The notes: generated from the letters alone by a model not told the origin. Counted from the first letter of the stretch, positions 12,001-24,930 are shown. The stretch: 64,000 nucleotides of DNA from Azolla caroliniana (GCA_043228905.1 JBHGNT010000002.1:7502001-7566000); one strand, 5' to 3'. A program made the numbers and translations.

Positions 12001-15000
12001 GGGGGCCTTGGGTATCGCTATAAATAAGAGGCCTAGCTACCCTCATTTGATCATCTTTTGACTACATCAAGACTCTACTCTTGTGGTGGGTCAACTCTTG
12101 TAGCAAGCGTGCCAGCACTAGGTACGACTCGACGCCACGGCGGTGGTATGGGACGCCGATCGAGGCTCAAGTCCGTCTCGATCCCTTCGCTCGGGGGTGG
12201 TCGGGTGGATCGGCACCCTTCTTTCTCTTTCTCCTTTCTATCTATCATTAGTTTATCCTTATCTTAAGCTTACTTTAGTACCTAGATCTCTAGTAGAAAC
12301 CATAGAATGCACATTATGTGCATATCTCTCTGGCTTGAGCCCTCTACAATGAGTTGTTACTCCTAACTAGGCTGCTACTACAGAATGAATAAACCACCAA
12401 GGGTGACATAAATGCCAAGACGAGAAGAAAACAGAGATGCATGCTCCAAAAATGCAAAATCTGTTGATGTCTGTCCTTAGCGTGAGCCCACAGAAAAATC
12501 CCAGAGGTATTTAAAAGTATGGACCAACTCTCCATATGGAAATCAAACCATAAACAAAAAAAAGGCTTCCCATTAAGAGTCTGTGAAGAATAAACCTTAC
12601 AACTGCACCAAGCAATGGTGCAAACATATTTGATAGGTAATTCTGGAAATGTAGCACTATGAGATGCATCTCAGGTGAAGGAAAGAAAAAACATAAAGTA
12701 CGAGGTGCCACCTTCGAAGTGCAAATGAATATATGTTCGGCAGCCAACCAAAATATTGCATGCCAAGCAGCTAAATCTTGTCTTACAGAGATAGGAAACA
12801 ATTCATGTTTTTAAAGCAAGCGAGAGTAAGCGTGACATGTCACGTTGTCGTGAAAATCCGTCACTATGTGCGGATCGTGAGGCAAAACCGCCAGGGTTAT
12901 GGACTAGAAGGAATTAGGGCTCACATGCACATCAAGAGGAAGGCACAAATATTCAAATGTGTTCATGAAGAGTGCGGAAAGTCCACTGCAAGATGATGAA
13001 AAGGCTTTATGCACAAATCCTTTGAGCCTTTGAGGTATCTCATAATGGCTTTCGTTGCTTCCCAATGCTTTTTTCCATGGTTTGTTTGCTAACTACTCCA
13101 ACGAAAAAAGCAATGTCAGAACGTGTATCAACCATATCATACATCAAACTGCCAACAGTTGAAGCATATGGAATCTAAGTTGGCCATTTCAACCTTTTCA
13201 TCATCAGACGTAGGGCTGTCTTCTGCATGCAAGACTCAGTGCAGAAGACAGCCCTACGTCTGATGATGAAAAGGTTGAAATGGCCAACTTAGATTCCATA
13301 TGCTTCAACTGTTGGCAGTTTGATGTATGATATGGTTGATACACGTTCTGACATTGCTTTTTTCGTTGGAGTAGTTAGCAAACAAACCATGGAAAAAAGC
13401 ATTGGGAAGCAACGAAAGACATTATGAGATACCTCAAAGGCTCAAAGGATTTGTGCATCCACTTTGGAAAGCAGAAGGCATCTGTCGTTGGGTTTACAGA
13501 TACAAACTATGTTGGTCATGCAGAGTGCAGAAAGTCCACTGCTGGATATGTGTTCACCTTCACAAGAGCAGTCTCTTGGATCTCCAAGCTACAAAGGCGT
13601 GTTGCATTGTATATTACAGAAGCAAAGTATGTGGCTGCCACTAAGGCATGCAAGGAGGCTTTATGGATTTCACGTCTAGTGGGAAATCTTGCCATTACAC
13701 AGTTACCTGTTCTTGATTGTGACAATCAAAGTGCTATCATGCTACCATGGAATCCTGTCTTTCATGCAAAGATGAAGTAAATACAAGTGAAATATGACTT
13801 CATCAGAGATGTACTTGACAGCACGAGCATTGAGCGTGTCAAAGTGCATACAATTGATAATTTTGCACATCTTCTCATGAAGAGTCTTCCAGCAGAGCGG
13901 TTTGCACATTGCCAACAAAGGACAGGAGTTGAAGAAATATATGCATTTCAGATTTGTACATACTTAATTGATCCTTTCTTCATGGGAGGTTGTTGGGAAT
14001 AAAGGGTCATTGTATCTTTTAGTAGTGTACAGGTGTAAACGCACCCTTACCACACTTTAAACTTCAGTATACAGGTGACAACCAAAAAAGAAAGATTGTG
14101 CATCTCTCTATCTCTGCCTCTGCCTCTACAACACATAGGAGAGATTAAAGAAAGCAGACACAGTTCTACAAACAAAAGTCCACATTTTAAAAAATGTACA
14201 ATGTATACATGTGCTATTCAAGATACGTAGAATATGCATACATACTTGTAGTACTGTGTTTTTAAAATACAATAAAAAAAGACAATGTCTGAAGGCTGCA
14301 AACCTCTGGGAATGTCATTATTACTTCTGACTCACTTTCAGGATCCAGCGGTAGTATGTTGTAGGCAGCCAGAATCCCTTGTTTATCATTAACCTCTTTC
14401 CCTTTCAAGATGGTCTGTTTACAGAAACAGACAATAAATGTCTTAATTCAGAAAACAAGTTCAAACAGGTCTTTCTCATTACCATAGATATTACCTCAGA
14501 ATCCAGCTTTGAATGATTTATTCTTTTCAGTACATCAAAAAGAACAGCTGCTGTTTGGTATGTCTTAGCCAAATAAGCACTGTACCAACAAGAGATAGTT
14601 AGCAATAACCTATAATATAACTTCAATATCTCATCCATCATTTCTTATAATCGGTATTCTTGAAATTCTGGTTTGAGAATAAAGAGCTAATACATACCGG
14701 TTAATATTAGCACCAGTCGTTTCCTCTAATGACTTTACATACTTTGAATAGAAATCTTCGTAATATCTAAGCATCTCCCTCCCATCATTACCCTCTTTTC
14801 TTAGACTGAGAGTTATCCCATCATCCTAGAAGAAAAATTATAAATAAAACATGTGAAACTTGCCATTCATTAAAAGCTATTGGACTTACTTGAGAAATTT
14901 AAATTAGATTAAAAAAACGCAGAAAGCCTGCATATACTCGTTCCAGCTTGTGAAGCAGTGCTGTTTTGAACTGTCTAACCCCACGCCCTTCAGATGCTGG

Positions 15001-15950
15001 ATCTTTTGCATGTGCTTGGTCAAATGCATAAAAACGGCCTGCAAAACAGATTCTCAATAACTCATATTTTGAGGGTTTTCAAGGTGAATATAAAGGATGT
15101 TTGTGGCGTGTGAAATAAATATGGTAATTAAATTTGAAACATGGGTTCAAATTAACAATATGTGTGTATATATCGATATATTATGTTTGCGTGCATTCAA
15201 GTGGTGGATATGTATGTATTAGCTAATGCTGCAAGTATTATGACGATAACGTGCATGTATATCCTTAGATGTAGATATGATCATATAATCTAATCATATC
15301 TATATCTGAGACATGGATCAATCCCAATACATTGTATATATCTGAGTATATATACATATACCCTCAGACACAAGTATGATTGTAGTATGTGAGACTACAT
15401 TATTAAGCATGCAAATTCCTATGCATATGTGTGTGTGTATGTGCCATCATGTATGTAAGCTTGTTAGCTATATATTTGTCTTCTCTCCATATATGCTAGC
15501 AAGATATAGATACAGATACGTCATTACGCTTCAAGATGGAAATCCATGTACACTACAATGTAATCACAATTACAATTTAAGCTAGATATAGATATGGCTA
15601 TAAAAATATGTTCTTAAATACACACAGATATACATATGATTATCACACAAGTACAATGCAGCCTGGATATACTTATAGTTATGACATAATTAAAATTTAA
15701 GCTAGATATACATATGGCTATTACACAATGTCATGATCAGAATTCCTAAGTACTTACAGAGATAAGCCACACGAGGATGTTCTGCTTCGATTTCATTGGC
15801 AACTCGAAGAATGGGTGCAATTGCAGCCAAAGACAGTGGCACCACTTCAGAATCCATCTCAGGAAAGATTCCAGGACCAGCAGTAGAGGATCTAGGAATC
15901 TTTCTAAGTGACCCACCTCCATCCAGGCTACGGGGAGGAGTGAGCTCCAT
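1..15950 (-). CDS. CalS: Callose synthase (1,3-beta-glucan synthase, CalS/GSL family), 5' part; gene continues beyond position 1
   Basis: 19 exons with GT-AG boundaries joined in frame by eye: 15758-15950, 14938-15038, 14698-14825, 14495-14579, 14304-14414, 3573-3701, 3368-3460, 3199-3290, 2187-2313, 1934-2080, 1778-1854, 1531-1621, 1307-1432, 1043-1160, 599-930, 443-495, 291-351, 134-203, <1-48. Family motifs include [121 protein letters not shown] and [14 protein letters not shown] is at 15950; a probable 5'UTR intron lies at 15996-16087. Confidence 0.96.
2290..3040. repeat. Triplicated ~180-290 bp segment in a CalS intron that copies the 3' splice acceptor and the first ~20 nt of exon 2187-2313
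   Basis: ACATGAATAC..GAACCTATC.TATCAAAACA..GTCTATTAG recurs at ~2296, ~2592 and ~2774. Downstream blocks such as TAAATTCCATCAAATTTG and TGCAATGTTAC are also repeated. Confidence 0.9.
3828..4282 (+). repeat. 5' LTR of the intronic Gypsy element
   Basis: Direct repeat of 11841-12295. TATAAATA at ~4006, followed by the PBS. Confidence 0.95.
4540..4802 (+). repeat. Array of five ~30-bp hairpin repeats (core GAGGT-N4-ACCTC) with divergent spacers in the retrotransposon 5' leader
   Basis: Cores at 4550, 4606, 4662, 4717 and 4779 (period 55-62 bp). Flanks TGCGTA...TACGTA extend the stems. Confidence 0.85.
8135..8460. repeat. 105-bp tandem repeat x3 inside the solo LTR
   Basis: TTTATGAGGAGGAGAGGTGCATG recurs at 8174, 8279 and 8384. 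Confidence 0.92.
9005..9072 (-). promoter_or_regulatory. tRNA-like Pol III A/B-box cassette in the solo LTR
   Basis: Minus strand A-box TGGGTTAGTGG (9065-9055) and B-box GGTTCGAATC (9022-9013), spacing 43 nt. No clean cloverleaf. Confidence 0.7.
11841..12295 (+). repeat. 3' LTR of the intronic Gypsy element
   Basis: Direct repeat of 3828-4282, preceded by the PPT and followed by TSD GAAAC. Confidence 0.95.
13009..13458. repeat. Near-perfect inverted repeat (219-bp arms, 12-nt loop) of Copia RT sequence
   Basis: 13009-13227 is the reverse complement of 13240-13458; one mismatch seen. Confidence 0.95.
13240..14010 (+). mobile_element. Degenerate Ty1/Copia RT-RNase H 3' fragment in the CalS intron
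   Basis: [66 protein letters not shown]-like GGGAGG and TGTTGGG follow at ~13984-13997. Confidence 0.85.
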
Positions 15951-16430
15951 ATCCTTCAAGAAACTACTTTGCACTTTTACACTTCGCTTCCCAACCTAAC
16001 AGCGCATTCTGAATAATTAAGAGCTTCTAATGCATTACTAAAAGAAACAATGTTTCTATATACGCTTCCTCTTCAATAATCTATTACCTTGGAGGAATAT
16101 AAGGTGTGTTTCGAGAAGCAATTACTGATTTTGCCAGTGAGGGAGAAGAACAATGGAGAGATTGAGGATACCAGGAAGATGCTCTGAGTGCCAAAATACA
16201 GTCAAACCCGTGTCGATGGAAAGAATGGAAGATACATGACAATTCATATAACCCCGAAGCCGAACCCTAATTCTAATTTACTTGAGCCAAGCACTGTGTT
16301 GCTGGATATAGCACAGTGGCTTGAATCAGAAGGGAAGGAACAGAGAGAGAATCCGAGCCTAGGGCGAGTCCATAGAGTAGGGGTTGAAGAAGGCAGTGAA
16401 GCAGAGAGAAGGGTCAGAGAGAAGACTGCA

Positions 16431-16536
16431 AGAGAGAGAGAGAGAGAGAGAGAGTGAGTGAGTGAGTGAGTGAGAGTGTCAGACAGGTGTGTGTGTGTGT
16501 GTGTGTGTGTTAGAGAGAGAGAGAGAGAGAGAGAGA
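16431..16536. repeat. Compound (GA)n/(GTGA)n/(GT)n microsatellite in the probable CalS 5'UTR/promoter
   Basis: Seen directly. It is CT-rich on the gene strand, upstream of the 5'UTR intron. Confidence 0.9.
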
Positions 16537-17107
16537 TTCAAATGACTTTTTGGCTTCTGTCATTTGGGGACCAAATTTTTTGTTCTTGTTTTTTTTTTTG
16601 CCCTTTCAACTGAAACAGAAACACATGCATGTACTGTTTTTGGTTTATATAAATATATATCATATAAAACTGTGAAAATACGGAAAAAACTGTGAATTTA
16701 CCAATTTCCTATATATATATATATATATATATATGTCTATATATTCCATGGGAGTAGAGAGTACATTGGCTAGGGGGGAGGAGGAAAGAAGAGCATCTCA
16801 AAAGCCGTTGGCTTTCCTCGATGAACCATAGGAAGTCGGAAGGAGAGTGGAGTACGAGACATTGAGAGAGAGAGAGAGAGAATGTATGTGTGTGTGTGTG
16901 TGTGAACACTCTGTATTTCTCTATCTACCAACAATAGCAGGCACTGCAATGTAACGGAAAGGAGGAAGGGACTTGCAATATGAACGCATGTGACTCCTCA
17001 TTGTAGCTCTGATAGAAGAGCCGGTGCATCCATGGTATTAGTGTGTGATTGATATGCATTTGTTTCACTATAGTTCCATCGGTCGTATTTGATCTTTAAA
17101 GATGATG

Positions 17108-17150
<43 letters not shown>

Positions 17151-17159
17151 CGTATAGGA

Positions 17160-20100
17160 TGTTAATGAAAGAGAATGCTAAGCTCCAAATTGTTGTCATT
17201 GAGAATAAAAGTCTTAAGAAAGTGGTTGCAAAACTTGAAGATACGATTCAAGAATGTAAGAAAGATTCTTTCGAAACAAATGAGAGCCTTAACAAGATTG
17301 AGTTATGTATGTGAGATGAAAAATGTATATATAATGAAGTCATGGGCCGATGTATGTGGTGGGGATGTGGTATCAAACTCATCTAATGTGCATGTGATGC
17401 ATCAAGAGAAGAATATAGAAAGCATAGATGTCCAAGAATTGAAAGAACATGAATGACAATCAAAGAATATTGTCATTCTTGGGATTAAAGAGGAGAGTAT
17501 AGAAACACTCGCATCCCTCGGAAAAGGCCATTGGTGAAAAAAAAATTAGCATGCATTATGGGATGTCGAATGTGAATGTATATGGGGCACGCCGAGTTGG
17601 GAAACATGGTGTTACTTGCTCCGGAGAAAGCCCTATTGTATGCACAATGACAGATTATACAAAGCGGTTGATCATACTCGAAAATAGTTGGGTATACCTC
17701 AAAGATACTGAACGTTTTGTGAGTAATGATCGTACTATCTCGCAACAAAATGCCCGTCGTAAAGCATATGAAGAAAGATTGAAAAATAAGGTTAAGGATG
17801 TGCCTAAAGATGGAAATGTAGGCAAATAGGAACACATGTGTGACATATGAGACTAACCCATGTCTTTTACGACTATGCTTTTGGAATTGCAATGGATACC
17901 CATGGAATGCGGGATTTGGCATTGAGGAGTTCATTGATGACTCGGATATCACACTTCTTGTTAAAAACATGGGAACATGATACTCAAAGGATTCAAGGTT
18001 TAGGAAACTATGATGTACACTCTTTGATATAGGAGAAAAATCCAAGACAAAGAAGAGGACAACGAGGGATGACATGATTGATTAAGAAGGAAATAGAGAA
18101 ATATGTGTCAATCATAAAAAAATGATGAACATAAATGCTACATGTGGTTCAAAATAGAAACACCTAATGATTTGTCCACTTTTGCAGTTGGATGTTACAC
18201 TCCTCATCAAGATTCTAACGTTTATGCTTGTTTGGATAAGGATCAACCTTTTGTCAATCTAGAAGATGATATTGCTTATTTCAAATCTAAAGGGGAAGTT
18301 ATTATCTTTGGTGACATGAATACTCATACAAGAAGTCTCCAACTTTATTCACAAGAATCTTTCATGCTACATATCTCAAGGATGCAAGAGGATATGCAAA
18401 TGTATAGCTGCTCTTCTAGCGATGAAAAAGATTTGAACCAATTTGGGAAGTTACTCCTACAAATGTGCAATAGTACCAGATTGCTTATTGCAAATGGTGT
18501 TTCCTTATGGCCCAACACTAATGGTTTTGCATGTAGAAAACACAATGGAAATAGTATGATTGACTATGTGTTACCTTTTGAATGTATTTAGGATCGTATA
18601 CATAAATTCTCACTTGGTGAATGGACACCAAAATCTGATCATAGGACTTTATGTATTGATCTCAAATGTATGCATAGGTTTGATTGTGAGAAGGTTATTG
18701 AAGATAATAAACAACCACACTTTAGCATGAACCTTAAGCGAGTGCCCATGTATTCCAAGATGGTTGAGGATATGTTACAAATGACAAAGATACAACATGT
18801 TGCCACCCTAGAATGCAAATGGGAAGCTTTCAAGAAAGCCATTATCTCTTGTACAAACAAATGTTTTCTGACCAACCGCACATCTTGGAAATGCACCAAG
18901 AAATTTAGGAAAAAATGGTTTGATAAAGAATGTCGTAAAGCTCAAAAGTGCCTTATGGTTTTGGACGTAGTTATGGATAAAGAAAATTACCAAAAGTATT
19001 TGCATGAGTATAAAAGGCTTATTCGAAGAAAGAGAAGAATATGGCAAGTTACTCAACAATTGATCTAAACACAAGAGAAAGCACATGCATGTGCTAAATT
19101 ATGGGGAAATCTAAAGGGGAAACGTGTTGAGAGTTATGGTGACTTAACTCTTCACGACTTGTTTATGCATTGTAAGAATTTATATGAGTTATCTCTTGCC
19201 GGAAAGATGATGTGTTATGGTTCTCCTTCACACATGTCTCCCTTCTTTACAGTTGAGGATATATGCATAGGACTTAAGAAATTGGCCTCTCGAAAGGCAA
19301 GCGATCTTCAATGTATAAAGGTTGAAATGCTCAAATGGACGGGAAAGGAAACACATGTAGGGATAAACAATATGTTAAATGATGCATTGCAACATGGCAT
19401 GCCATATGATTGGACTACAAATTGGATCAAACCTTTACATAAAGGTGGAGATGTAAATAATGTAAACAATTATCGAACCATCATGGTTGGCTCATTAACG
19501 ACAAAACTATTTGGATGTATAATGGAATCAAAGATAAGTGTATGGGCTGAAAAAAATGGTAAGAGAGCTTATGGACAAGCTGGCTTTCGAAAACACCATA
19601 GCACCATTGATCACCTTGTCACCCTTCGAGTATTAATGGAGGAAAGTTGCCTTAGGGGTAAAGGTTTATATTATTGCTTTGTAGACTTCAAGAAAGCTTT
19701 GGATATGGTACCTCGTGAGCATCTTTGGAGGCGAATGGAAGAACTTGAGGTGCCACGTGAATATATGCTTGCAATTTCCTGAATTTATGAGAAGGTTATA
19801 TGTTGTGTGCATATGAGGGATAAACTTTCAGATTTTTTCAATAGCACTATTGGTGTTAAGCAATGATGCCCACTCTCACCAACACTATTTGGTCTATGCA
19901 TTGATGAATTGGAAGAAATGGTTACCAAGTTTGCAAAGGAAGAATGTGTTGAAGAAGTTGCCATTGGGAATGTTGTGATTATGCTTTTGCTATATGTAGA
20001 TGATGTAGTGCTTTTGGCAAATACTTTAGGAGATGCACAAAATCTTATGAAGGCATTGGAAAAATGTTGCATGCATACTAAATTAAGTGTCAATAGCTCT

Positions 20101-21290
20101 AAAACAAAGATTATGCTTGTGAAGAGCCAAAAAAGAGATAAAGCATGCATTATGTACAACAATGAGCCACTTGAATGTGTGGAAAGCTTCGAATATCTTG
20201 GCCTTGAAGTTCCTTCAAATCATAGATGGAATGAATGTGCTACACATTACTTAGAGGTGGGTAAGTGAGCATACGATGCATTTGAGAACACGTGCAATCT
20301 TGAAGATATTAAGTGTTGGGTCCTTAAGAAATATCTTTTCGACACTTTGGTGACATCGGTTCTTCTCTATGGGGTGGAAGTATGGGGTTGTAGCATCCCT
20401 AAATCTACGTGGAAAGAGTTTGAAAATGTCCAAAAACATTTTCTTACAAAGTTTCTACAAGTTAAGAAACAAACGCCCTACACCCTCCTCCTCCTTGAGA
20501 CAGGATCGCTTCTCATTGAGATCATGGCCATGGAAAGGGTTGTTGAATACATGCTTAAGGTTCAAAAAAGTCCCTCACATCGAAATCCTAGAGTTGCATG
20601 GGAAGGAAGCAAAAAGATCCAAAAGATGCATAACAACAAATTTTTGTGTTCCGGTTGGATGCAAGATATAGAAAAATGGTTTGATAGATGGGATGTGAAA
20701 CACTTGCTTCATGATGCATCACTAGATTCCTTTGTAAATGAGGCCTTTTTGCAACGCCAATGTATCATGACATGGGACAAATGTGGAGGCTCATGCTTCA
20801 CACATTATACTACACATGTTACACCTAACTACAGAACCATCTTTCTTTGCAGAACGGGGAAACCATACACATCGATACATGTTAGAGCCCATCCCGTTAT
20901 CAACCATTTGAACCATTGCTTCCATGCGACTTAGCACACATGCATTGCGATGTGAGACGAGACGTTGGGGCACAAGTGATGGGAGTGGTCGTATATGCAC
21001 ACTTTGCCCTAAACAAGTTCACAAGTTTGAGTATCACACATTGATACGATGTTATGCCTTTGATCATATTCGACCATTCTTTTGCACATCTCTTCGATCA
21101 AGCCCAATCCTTGCACGAATTTCTCTCACAACCACAATGTGCACTCTCGATTGCAACATTCATTGGTAAAGTTCTTGAACATCGAGAGTCACTACTGACT
21201 TTCACACGTATCATGTGAAATGTAATATTTTGGTCTCATAGGTCATATTTGACCTCTGAAGATGATAATATAATCTATCTATCTATATCT
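17160..21290 (+). mobile_element. Decayed non-LTR retrotransposon (LINE, RTE/RTEX-like) with APE endonuclease, RT and C-terminal Cys motif
   Basis: EN: IFGDMNTHT, SMIDYVL, SDH. RT: IKPLHKGGD..NNYRTI, QAGFRKHHST, FVDFKKA, GVKQ*CPLSPTLF, LLYVDDVVL, YLGL. C-terminal RLSTHALRCE..RICTLC. Ends in a (TAA)/(CTAT) microsatellite tail. Many stops; a coiled-coil ORF1-like remnant lies at 17160-17830. Confidence 0.9.
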
Positions 21291-21332
21291 CTTTGAGTCA
21301 TATATATAGTGAAACAATCTCACATATGTATG

Positions 21333-21375
<43 letters not shown>

Positions 21376-23319
21376 CATCGTCTATAGAGATGTAGTATGA
21401 TTGATGGGACTGTAGCGAAACAAATTGCACGTATGTATGTGTGGCATTGATTAAGGACTCTCACTTGATCCACAAAGTTTGTTGTACTAGTCAACATTGT
21501 AATTCATATGTGAAACCTGAGCACATTGGGTGTTGCAAAAAAGGTCCATTGGGTGAGAATATATTTTGGTGTCATGACGTACATGTAAATGACCCATGAG
21601 TCCCATTTCCCAAACCATTTCTTTATATATTGCAACCACCCGAACTCAATAATTTGATATTGTGTCTTTTGAGTTTTTTTTAAATGGTGTTGTATTTTTG
21701 GCAATCATTCATAACGCAAAAAATTGCGTTTCTATGTCTTTCGAATATTTTTTACCTATTTCCCATGCACTTTGAGAGAGATTTGAATATTGATTCCAAT
21801 TGGCCCATAGTTAAGATATTTGTGTCAATTCGTTGTTGATGTTGAGGTCTATTAGTTGTGGACAACCAATAAAAATGTCAAAAAAAACATAATTGAGCTT
21901 TGCGATCTTGTGTTGATAATTTAATAGCTTATCACTAACATAAGCCAACAAAGATAATTAATTAATGTGGACCCTCATGCAACACCTATGAAGAGGAAGC
22001 TTTTTAGAAAAGCCTTTCATTTTTAGTATAATAGCAAATATGTGTCGTATATGTATTTTTTGCATTCATTAGAAATTTCATTCTTCTTGCTAAATTAATC
22101 TAAAAACAACACAATGAAAAGTGATAATTAAGTATCATGCTAGTATTGATTGATCGATGTTGATATCTTATTCTCGAGGTGTTTGTATTCCTTAAGATAA
22201 AAGCTAACATCTATTCTATATTAGGAAATCTACCTAAACATGCTTTTACATATATAAGAAGTCCTTTGTTTATTTGCAAAATCACCTCATAGATATATGG
22301 GTGGAAGTTGGCTCATGATTTATTTGGATATTTCATGTCACCCAATGCAACCCCACAGAAGAAGTCATGGAAATGTATCCAAATAACTTGTCTTCATCTT
22401 GGCAATTAAAACATGCGTTATTAGTATTATGTGTATGTTTTTCCCAGTTGGTTCATATATTTACTGAGAATGGGCAATCGATGTCCACCAAAGTGACCTA
22501 CTTCCTTTTAAGCAATATCTTGTTCGATGGTCTCAAAACAACAAATATCATATTGGGGTTTTTGAATTAATTTCAAGCCCAATATGCAATGTATTTTGTT
22601 TTCATAAAAAGTGAAATAATCTTGTGTTGCATAACCTCATGGAACTTTATGAGAATATCGAGATTTTCTGGCCTCAAGGATTCGCCTAGGTTCTAATGCC
22701 CACAAACCATGTAAAAAAATATAGGAAGGACAAAGGTCCACAAAAAGACTCCATGGAGTAAAATTCGCATATATCCTTTTAAAAGTGGAAATGAAACTTT
22801 CCTTAAAGGTTGATGGTATATCATCAAAATCATGATACTTACATGTTCAGTCACCATTTATGGACATAAATATCTTAAATAGTCTCATGTGGAACTAATT
22901 ACCAACATAAATCCTCAAATTGCCTCACAAAGCAACCATTTCTTGTGACAAAATTAAACTTGTGCGTTCCCACACAGAAAAACACATAGAAAAAAGACGG
23001 ACTAAATGGAAGAGCTTGGCAAAGTTCAAGGGCACAAAGTTGTTCCCCATACAATGTCCAATATTTCACTTGTAGATAAGTTTGGTTGATTATATCGTAT
23101 CTTCCCATTTGCACAATTTTTGTTACTTGCAACTCTCGAAAGGGGACACACATATAAAAGTATCTCCTCTTTACTCAAATGGCCCAACTACAATCACAAA
23201 TAAATTTCCAGCATTTATTCTATGCATGACAAGAAAGACTTACTAGGAGAAATTCGACATCTTTATGTTCATGCGTAATAGAGAGAGACAGAGACAAAGA
23301 GAGAAGTTTTTTCATGTAC

Positions 23320-24760
23320 GACTTATGTGATCCAATCGATTATGGATTATGTCTCTATGGTATCTTATTATCTTCCTTTGCTCCCATGGTCAAAGAAAGC
23401 TCTTGAAATGTTGTCATGCTCGATGTGAATGTTGTTATGGAAAAGAAAAGGGAAAGCATTGTTGTGGTTGGCATGGGATCATGTTTGTACTCCGAAGTGT
23501 CTTGGTGGGGCATCAATATTGAATCTATATGAGCATATGGTGGCTTGCCGATTTACTTTGATTCGATTTATGTTTGAAGGTGTACAACCTTGGACAGAAA
23601 TGGTGGCATACTTTATAGAGAAGAACGGAATTAAGCTTGGAAACATGAAGGTTAAAGCGAATTGGTGGAATATAATTAATTTTGATAAGGATGTCAAATG
23701 TGCAGGGTTTATGATAGTTAATCATTTGTTGACATATTGGCAAAGTATGTTGAATTTTGTGGAATGGCATCCCCCACAAGAAAGGGGATGTGCCAATTCA
23801 TTACAAATGGAGGTTTTGGCGACATCAAGGTTGTTGAGGTGGGAAGGTAAACAAATTCTCAACCTTCAATTTAATCGGATGGCTAGATTGGGTTTGGTAA
23901 TAGTTAAGGATGCTATGTTGGTTTCACAAAGAAGGTTAATGGTTTTTCGAACAATAAGGTCAACATTTCGTATTCCAAAAGGTTATAACTTTGATTGGGA
24001 TAAGTTGCAACAAATACTATCTTTGCATGAGCCAATTGCTGATTTAGATTGGTGATCTCAAGAGCTTGATTGGAGGTTTGTTGGAAATACGAGATTGACT
24101 ATGATCTCAACGAATGTTGCTTATCACAAGTTGATTGACAAACATAAGTGGTTGGAAGAAAGGGTTATAAAGATATGGGGTTTTCATAAGCCCATTACTT
24201 GGTGGCTTCATGTGATCAAGGCAGGTTGGTGTTCTTGATTGATGCTATGAACCAAGGTATTTATTTGGAGAGTTATGGTTGGAGCTTTACCTTTGGGGGA
24301 TGCATTAAAAAAAAGAAACATTACTCAAGGTTCGTGTTTCTTTTGTTCGGTGGAATTGGAACATAGTGGGCATCGAATTATTTCATGCTCGGTGGCAAGG
24401 ATGGTTTGGAGGTGTATCAATTTTTTGTGGATGTCTCTAATTGGAGTAAGCCTATCTTCCTTCAATTGGGTTTTTGCACATATGGAGAACAATGAACCAA
24501 TGCCTCATTTTCAAATTATTTTTGAGTTCTTGAGGTATTGGGGACTATGGTTCAATTGGAATATGTGAAATGCCTTCACTTTTGATTCACAAGTTGGGGT
24601 GAGGAAATATGTTCTAAAGTTAAAAGGACTTCTTTTGTGGCAATTGACAGTGCTAGAGAAGTCCCGAAATCTCAACCATGAAGAGAGAACTCTGCAAGGT
24701 CACATATCATCATATTCGCCATTTGAATTGGTGTGTAGGTTGGCATTGAGTTTGGAGTCG
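23320..24760 (+). mobile_element. 5'-truncated plant L1-type LINE fragment (post-RT region and zf-RVT)
   Basis: LLWK..LAWDHVCTPKCLGGASILNL and zinc finger LPLGDALKKR..SCFFC..EHSGH..SCSVARMVW; stops present. Confidence 0.8.
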
Positions 24761-24857
24761 TAGTAGTCCATAGATAGAAGTTGTTCTATACTTTGTAGTA
24801 AGTTAGTCATGGTGGTGTTTTTTCTTTCGTAATGAAAGCTGTAAGAGGGTTGCCTAC

Positions 24858-24930
24858 ATGAATGTAGCTCTGTTGGTAAGGTTGCCCAATGGAGACCATG
24901 TGGTCATGGGTTCAAGCCTTACATTCCACA
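24858..24930 (+). other. tRNA-derived (SINE-head-like) sequence with Pol III A/B boxes just 3' of the L1 fragment
   Basis: A-box TAGCTCTGTTGG at 24865-24876 and B-box GGTTCAAGCC at 24909-24918 (spacing 44). Flanking GAATGTA/TACATTC can pair. Confidence 0.65.

Larger units (their letters stand above)
3828..12295 (+). mobile_element. Ty3/Gypsy chromovirus LTR retrotransposon, full length but decayed, antisense within the CalS intron 3702-14303
   Basis: 455-bp LTRs at 3828-4282 and 11841-12295 (about 18 differences by eye, nearly all transitions). TSD GAAAC at 3823-3827 and 12296-12300. tRNA-iMet PBS TGGTATCAGAGC at 4285-4296. PPT AAGAGGGGGAG precedes 11841. Domain order is gag, PR, RT, RH, IN, chromodomain. 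Confidence 0.97.

Noticed and set aside
17002-17080. D-arm-like TAGCTCTGATAGAAGAGC upstream of the LINE
   Set aside because: No B-box at the expected distance.
21480-23250. Possible DNA transposon/Helitron remnant
   Set aside because: AT-rich with no TIR, TSD or coding motif that I could establish.
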